Shown here piece by piece: positions 63,785 through 64,000 of a stretch of DNA of 64,000 nucleotides. The translations under genes were made by a program, and so were the position numbers. How positions within the stretch are numbered: the first letter of the stretch is position 1; every line of letters starts with the position of its first letter. The notes below the pieces were generated by a model. It did not search any database. It had not been told where the DNA came from and was given only the letters and a program-made list of their open reading frames with translations. This stretch comes from Nitrospirota bacterium. Lineage in GTDB: Bacteria > Nitrospirota > Thermodesulfovibrionia > Thermodesulfovibrionales > SM23-35. The stretch lies in assembly GCA_040756135.1 (NCBI GenBank), contig JBFLZS010000007.1, forward strand, positions 3,072 to 67,071, in the 5' to 3' direction.

Positions 63785-64000
63785 GGGTCACCAAAAACTT
63801 ACACATCCGAGGTGTCAGTAAGAGGTCAAAAACGGGGTCCTATTTTGCTTGTTTTTCACTTACGCCATGCAAGTTTTCGTTTTTCAAAGAGATCAGATTG
63901 AAGTAGGTTTATCCGGGCTGCTAAGATATGATAAAATTGTAAAAAATGGTTTATTTTGCTATAAACTTTTTTGCTCAAGCTGGCCATGCAAAAATATTGG

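Overview
AT-rich bacterial chromosomal window dominated by motility genes. Minus strand, 1.4-9.7 kb: a chemotaxis operon (HEAT-repeat protein, cheR, two cheY-type receivers, cheA, a cheW-cheZ fusion, cheB) preceded by a good sigma-28 promoter match. Minus strand, 10.0-37.9 kb: a flagellar supercluster in Bacillus fla/che-like order. It runs sigma-54 activator, TPR protein, PAS kinase, second sigma-54 activator, flgBC, fliEFGHIJ, ylxF-like, fliK, flgDE, terminator, sigma-54 promoter, fliLMNOPQR, flhBAFG, fliA. Plus strand: a sigma-54 promoter with motAB (38.5-40.4 kb), then an EPS export/assembly block (FecR-like, wza, wzc, TPR/jelly-roll protein, O-antigen-ligase-family protein, VanZ; 40.5-47.6 kb). 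Next comes an accessory islet of small toxin-antitoxin-like two-gene cassettes mixed with decayed sugar-nucleotide enzyme genes and long near-identical repeats (47.6-53.8 kb). Last is a visibly more AT-rich glycan locus alternating glycosyltransferases with four SAM methyltransferases plus wzx and wzy (53.8-63.7 kb), ending in a truncated glycosyltransferase. No rRNA, tRNA or CRISPR array was seen. The most unusual property is the load of palindromic MITE-like repeats (at least seven families). They fill almost every intergenic gap of the motility operons and are nested in one another. Several copies sit in frame inside cheW-cheZ, flhF, fliE, fliK, cheA and the 5' end of the ylxF-like gene. 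The taxon cannot be determined from sequence alone; the Wza and O-antigen-ligase genes suggest a diderm. All similarity statements come from reading translations and recalled family motifs; no database search was run.
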